Shown here piece after piece: positions 60,239-64,000 of a stretch of DNA of 64,000 bases. A program made the translations under genes and the position numbers. The notes under the pieces were generated by a model that worked only from the letters and a program-made list of their open reading frames with translations, made no database searches and was not told where the DNA came from. The stretch is from an uncultured virus (IMG/VR IMGVR_UViG_3300020500_000003) (Duplodnaviria; Heunggongvirae; Uroviricota; Caudoviricetes), in IMG/VR virus record IMGVR_UViG_3300020500_000003, one strand, 5' to 3'. Numbering within the stretch: the stretch's first letter is position 1; each line of letters begins with the position of its first letter.

Positions 60239-62437
60239 ATGGGAAGATTTTATCAAACATCAGATGCCAAATTTGTAGATGACAAAATGTTTGAAGCACC
60301 ACATCAATTGATGGCACAGGTACTTCAAAATAAAGATAAGGAAATTGATACAGAAATTACTTCTGCAACTGCTTATTTGGATAAACTTAAAGCTGATGTA
60401 TTAACTCAAGATAGTCCTGAATTACAGCAAGAAATAAAAAATTATGAAGCTAAAATTACAGGTATTGTAGATAATATAAAATCTAATCCTTTAGAATATA
60501 ATAAATACAGTTCAGATATAATGCATTTAGGTAGAGATATAAATGCTAATTGGACTACTGGTAAAATTGGAACAATGCAACAATATAAAAAAAATGTTGT
60601 TGCTGAATATGATAAATTAGATGAATTAGCAAAGAAAGACCCTTCTAAATATGATGCTGCTTACATAGCTGCTGAAAAAGCTAATATACTTGCTAAATAT
60701 CAAGGTATTAATTGGAATGCTGATATGAATAAAGCAGGTGCATCACCTGATATTCAAAATGCTTATTATGCTGCTGATTTTGATGATAAGTTTTTACAAC
60801 ACATGAAAGCAAGTGGTTATTCTGTAGAAAAAGATACAAGAGGAGGAAATGGTTATATTTATAGACATAAAGAAGGTGGTAAACAATTAACTAAAGAAGA
60901 AATAGCTAATGCTATGTATTCTCAATTAACAGCAGATAATGATTATCAACAAGCTGTTGAAAGAAGAAAACAATTAGGTATTAGTGGTTATGAAAATGCA
61001 GATTTGAGTAAAGCCTATGTTTATGAGAAAAATGAAAAAGGTATTCCTCAATTTAAAGGATTTAATACTGACCATTATGGTAAAATGATAAATGCTGCTG
61101 CTCAAACTTATTCACATAAAGAAACAGAAGTATCAGATACTATTCATAATGATGAAGGATATTGGAAAACTTGGGATAGAGCTAATAAATTAGCTGATGA
61201 TGCTAAAGAAGAAGCTGAAAATGTAAATACAAGTTATGAATCTGTATATCAAGTAGGTACTAACTCTTCATCTAATTTTCAAAAAACTCTTACTCAAACT
61301 AACCAAAATCTTGGTGCTATTCAAGATAATATTAATACTCAAATTAAAAACTTAAAAGTTAAGCCTGGTAGTGATATGGAAAAACTTATCAAAAAAGGTA
61401 ATGTTCAAGCTATGGTTGCTGCTGGTATGTCAGAAGCAAGTGCTATAGAATTATCTTCTCAATATAAGTCAGAATTAACTAAAAAGAATCTATTAAATGC
61501 TCAAGCTCAGGGATTTATAGAATATGCTAAAAAGACAGGAAGAAAATTTGATACTACTAAAAATGGTTGGTTAAATGACCCTAATGCTCAAAAAGCATAT
61601 AATGAATATTTGACTGTAAATGGCACTAAAGAAAAAAACAATATTAAAGAAAATTTAGTAACTTTAAATGGTATAGGTTTAAATAAAAATACAATAACAG
61701 AATTGAAAGGTGTTATAGAACAAAGATTTGATGATGTTGCATTTAATATAGACCAAACAGTAAAAGGTTCTCAATTAAAATTTGAAGATAAAAATGGTAA
61801 TGAAATAGTTTATGTTGCTGCAAATGATAAAAGAGCAGGTAAAACTGAAAAAGTCAAAGCAGGAATAAAACCTGCTGTTGAAACAGGTTACTTTGATTTC
61901 AAATTAGATAAACCAGCAGAACAATTATATAAAACAAGAATTTATAAAGTTGCTCCTGGAGGTAAATTGTCTGTATCTCAATTAATTAGTGAAGGTGGTA
62001 TAGAACAAAGAACTAATAAAGAAGGTAAAAAAATATATATCACAAGACAAAATGGTAAAGAAGTTGGTTTACAAGTAGATGAAAAAACAGTTGGTTTAGA
62101 TATGGCATTGGATAATGCTGGTCAAAGTAATTTAGGTATGAGTGTACAGATTGGAGATTATAGATTACCAGCATTGGTTTCTACTAATCAAATCAGTACA
62201 CCAAGTATAGATAATTTTGTTTCTAAAAATAGACCAGAAATGGAATGGAGAAAAACAATGAATCAGACTAATATTAAAACATTAGGTAGAAGAACTGTAC
62301 CAGCTATGAATGGAGAATCTTATGAAACAGACCATGGAAAAGCATATATTATTCATAAAGATGGGAGTAGAACACAATTACTTAAATCAGAAGAAATAGA
62401 TAAAGTACATCAAATTATTTATTCTGAACAAAATTAA
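60239..62437 (+). CDS. putative internal virion (cargo/ejection) protein
   Basis: 732 aa, helical, in the cargo block. Confidence 0.6.
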   Translation: MGRFYQTSDAKFVDDKMFEAPHQLMAQVLQNKDKEIDTEITSATAYLDKLKADVLTQDSPELQQEIKNYEAKITGIVDNIKSNPLEYNKYSSDIMHLGRDINANWTTGKIGTMQQYKKNVVAEYDKLDELAKKDPSKYDAAYIAAEKANILAKYQGINWNADMNKAGASPDIQNAYYAADFDDKFLQHMKASGYSVEKDTRGGNGYIYRHKEGGKQLTKEEIANAMYSQLTADNDYQQAVERRKQLGISGYENADLSKAYVYEKNEKGIPQFKGFNTDHYGKMINAAAQTYSHKETEVSDTIHNDEGYWKTWDRANKLADDAKEEAENVNTSYESVYQVGTNSSSNFQKTLTQTNQNLGAIQDNINTQIKNLKVKPGSDMEKLIKKGNVQAMVAAGMSEASAIELSSQYKSELTKKNLLNAQAQGFIEYAKKTGRKFDTTKNGWLNDPNAQKAYNEYLTVNGTKEKNNIKENLVTLNGIGLNKNTITELKGVIEQRFDDVAFNIDQTVKGSQLKFEDKNGNEIVYVAANDKRAGKTEKVKAGIKPAVETGYFDFKLDKPAEQLYKTRIYKVAPGGKLSVSQLISEGGIEQRTNKEGKKIYITRQNGKEVGLQVDEKTVGLDMALDNAGQSNLGMSVQIGDYRLPALVSTNQISTPSIDNFVSKNRPEMEWRKTMNQTNIKTLGRRTVPAMNGESYETDHGKAYIIHKDGSRTQLLKSEEIDKVHQIIYSEQN

Positions 62438-62440
62438 TCT

Positions 62441-62448
62441 TATATTTG
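62441..62448 (+). promoter_or_regulatory. Bacteroidota -7 element TATATTTG
   Basis: TAnnTTTG 17 nt before ATG 62466. Confidence 0.55.
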
Positions 62449-62465
62449 TAAAAAAATAAATTTAT

Positions 62466-64000
62466 ATGTTACCACCTAAAAGAAAGAGTGCAAGTTTAGA
62501 TTTTTTAAACCAAAGTATAGAAAATAAAAAGAAAACATTTTCTTCACAAGTAGTTAATAATCAGCAAAATAATACTGCTAATGTATCACAAGAAGAGCTT
62601 ACCTCTCAAGATATGAGTTTAGGTAATGTATCTGCTGGTACATTGGATATGATGTATAAATCTTCTACTGAAAGAGAAACAGAAGATTTTTTCAATTCTA
62701 AAGCTAAAAAAGAAGCTGAAAAATTAGCTAAAGCTAAAACTCTTGATGATAATGGTGTTCTTGCTGAATTAAAAAATAAGGTAGGAGAAGAAAAAGCTAT
62801 TGAATTTTTAGATATTGATGAAAAAATAAAAGAAAAAAGAAAGAAAAGTATTGATTTCATTGATGATAATGGAGTTAATATTTTTGCTCCTATTTATAAA
62901 TTACATGATTATTTTGCTGATGATGAAAATAAATGGGGTAAAACAGCTAAAGAAGAAAAAGAATACAATGATTTAATTACATACAGAGATAATAAAATTA
63001 TGCCTGTAATGAATGAAGTTAAAGAAAGTTTTAAAAATAGATTTAAAGAAATTGAAGAGAAAGCTAAAAAATATAGAGATGCTAAATTAAAAGATGATGC
63101 ACAAATAGTATATCATAAAGATGGTAGTGTTGGTCCAAAAGCATCTGTTCCAGATAGACTTACTGGTTATCAAAAAAATACATCAGAAGATAATTATACT
63201 CCATATCAAGAAGAGGTAAATTATAATATTGCTAAAAAAAATTATGAAGAAGTAATAGAAACTTTAGAAGATTATACTACTGGTAATACAGGATTTTGGT
63301 CAGGATTTGGTACACAAAGTAAAGACTTAAAATCATTAGGGTTATATAGTATAGCTAAAGATATTAAGAGTATTCCTATTATTGAAAAACAAAATAGGAT
63401 AATAAATGAAGTAACAAAGAATACAGATAAAAATGGTAATGTAAAAAAAGGTTATGTTCCTTCTGAAACACTTACTGATAGTGAACAAGCTGTTATAGAA
63501 TCTATTGCTAAAAAACAAAATATTGAAGCAAGAGATTTAATGCATGATAATAGATTATACAGAACAGGTAAAGGTGTTGCTACATCTGCTGTTATGATGG
63601 AGCAAATGATAGCTACTGCACCAATAGGAGGTCCTATAGAAACTGCTGTGGGTAAATTTGTTGCAAGAGATGCTATAGGATTAACTCTTAATACTGCTTT
63701 ACAACAAGGTGGTAAGAAACTTGCTTTAAAAATGATAGGTGGAGAATTAGCAGGAGGAACAGCAAGTTTAGCTGTACAAGGACTTGTTAATCCTATGACT
63801 TATGGTGGTTATGCAAAAGACCAAATTGGTAATGTAGAAATATCACATGATGAAAATGGTAAAGAAATTTATCTAACAAGTCAAGCAATCTATAACAAAT
63901 ATAAAAAAGACTTTAGTTTAAAGAATGTTCAAATAGATAGTCAAATAAACAAATTATCTAAAAATAAAACAGAAGAAAATTTAGCTAAAATAGAAGAATT
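62466..64000 (+). CDS. N-terminus of a large cargo protein (truncated by the window edge)
   Basis: MLPPKRKSASLDFLNQSIENKKKTFSSQ... appears open to the window end. This is the position of the giant cargo/virion RNAP genes in crAss-like phages, but no catalytic motif is visible in this part. Confidence 0.7.
   Translation, partial: MLPPKRKSASLDFLNQSIENKKKTFSSQVVNNQQNNTANVSQEELTSQDMSLGNVSAGTLDMMYKSSTERETEDFFNSKAKKEAEKLAKAKTLDDNGVLAELKNKVGEEKAIEFLDIDEKIKEKRKKSIDFIDDNGVNIFAPIYKLHDYFADDENKWGKTAKEEKEYNDLITYRDNKIMPVMNEVKESFKNRFKEIEEKAKKYRDAKLKDDAQIVYHKDGSVGPKASVPDRLTGYQKNTSEDNYTPYQEEVNYNIAKKNYEEVIETLEDYTTGNTGFWSGFGTQSKDLKSLGLYSIAKDIKSIPIIEKQNRIINEVTKNTDKNGNVKKGYVPSETLTDSEQAVIESIAKKQNIEARDLMHDNRLYRTGKGVATSAVMMEQMIATAPIGGPIETAVGKFVARDAIGLTLNTALQQGGKKLALKMIGGELAGGTASLAVQGLVNPMTYGGYAKDQIGNVEISHDENGKEIYLTSQAIYNKYKKDFSLKNVQIDSQINKLSKNKTEENLAKIEE

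Noticed and set aside
2286..62860. Short antisense or alternative-frame ORFs in the track (e.g. 2286..2534, 4179..4361, 14751..15128, 37063..37341, 56194..56502, 58669..59004, 62606..62860)
   Set aside because: They lie within or overlap longer well-supported genes, oppose the arm orientation or have shadow-like composition.
1..64000. Stop-codon reassignment (TAG or TGA), known in some crAss-like phages
   Set aside because: Long genes are intact in code 11, and TAG ends the portal (37521) and muzzle (58398) genes at sensible boundaries; no suppressor tRNA was seen.
62466..64000. Calling the last ORF the virion RNA polymerase
   Set aside because: The position is compatible, but no DxDxD catalytic motif lies within the window.

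Overview
This AT-rich window is a large part of a crAss-like (Crassvirales-type) podophage genome, probably infecting a Bacteroidota host (Flavobacteriaceae-like). It has two divergent arms that switch strand at about 28.8-29.2 kb. The minus-strand arm (1-28771) carries small early genes and a replication block: PolB, primase, DnaB-like, SF1 and SF2 helicases, an AAA_24 ATPase, UDG and PD-(D/E)XK nucleases. The plus-strand arm (29239-64000) carries endolysin, terminase, portal, capsid, tail/fibre, holin, muzzle and large cargo genes. The top finding is an apparently complete phage-encoded ubiquitin-like conjugation cassette inside the replication block: a Ubl precursor with internal ...KSGG, an E2-like gene, a JAB protease and a ThiF/E1. 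Other highlights are a tmRNA with an apparently very long (35 aa) tag inside a cluster of structured non-coding blocks, a 16-nt motif repeated five times that is a candidate phage-RNAP early promoter, an ACCCAACA leader motif before early genes, an AAA_24 ATPase with Walker B placed before Walker A, and a vWA domain plus a hydrophobic hairpin inserted in the muzzle protein. All calls come from motif recognition by eye; no searches were run.
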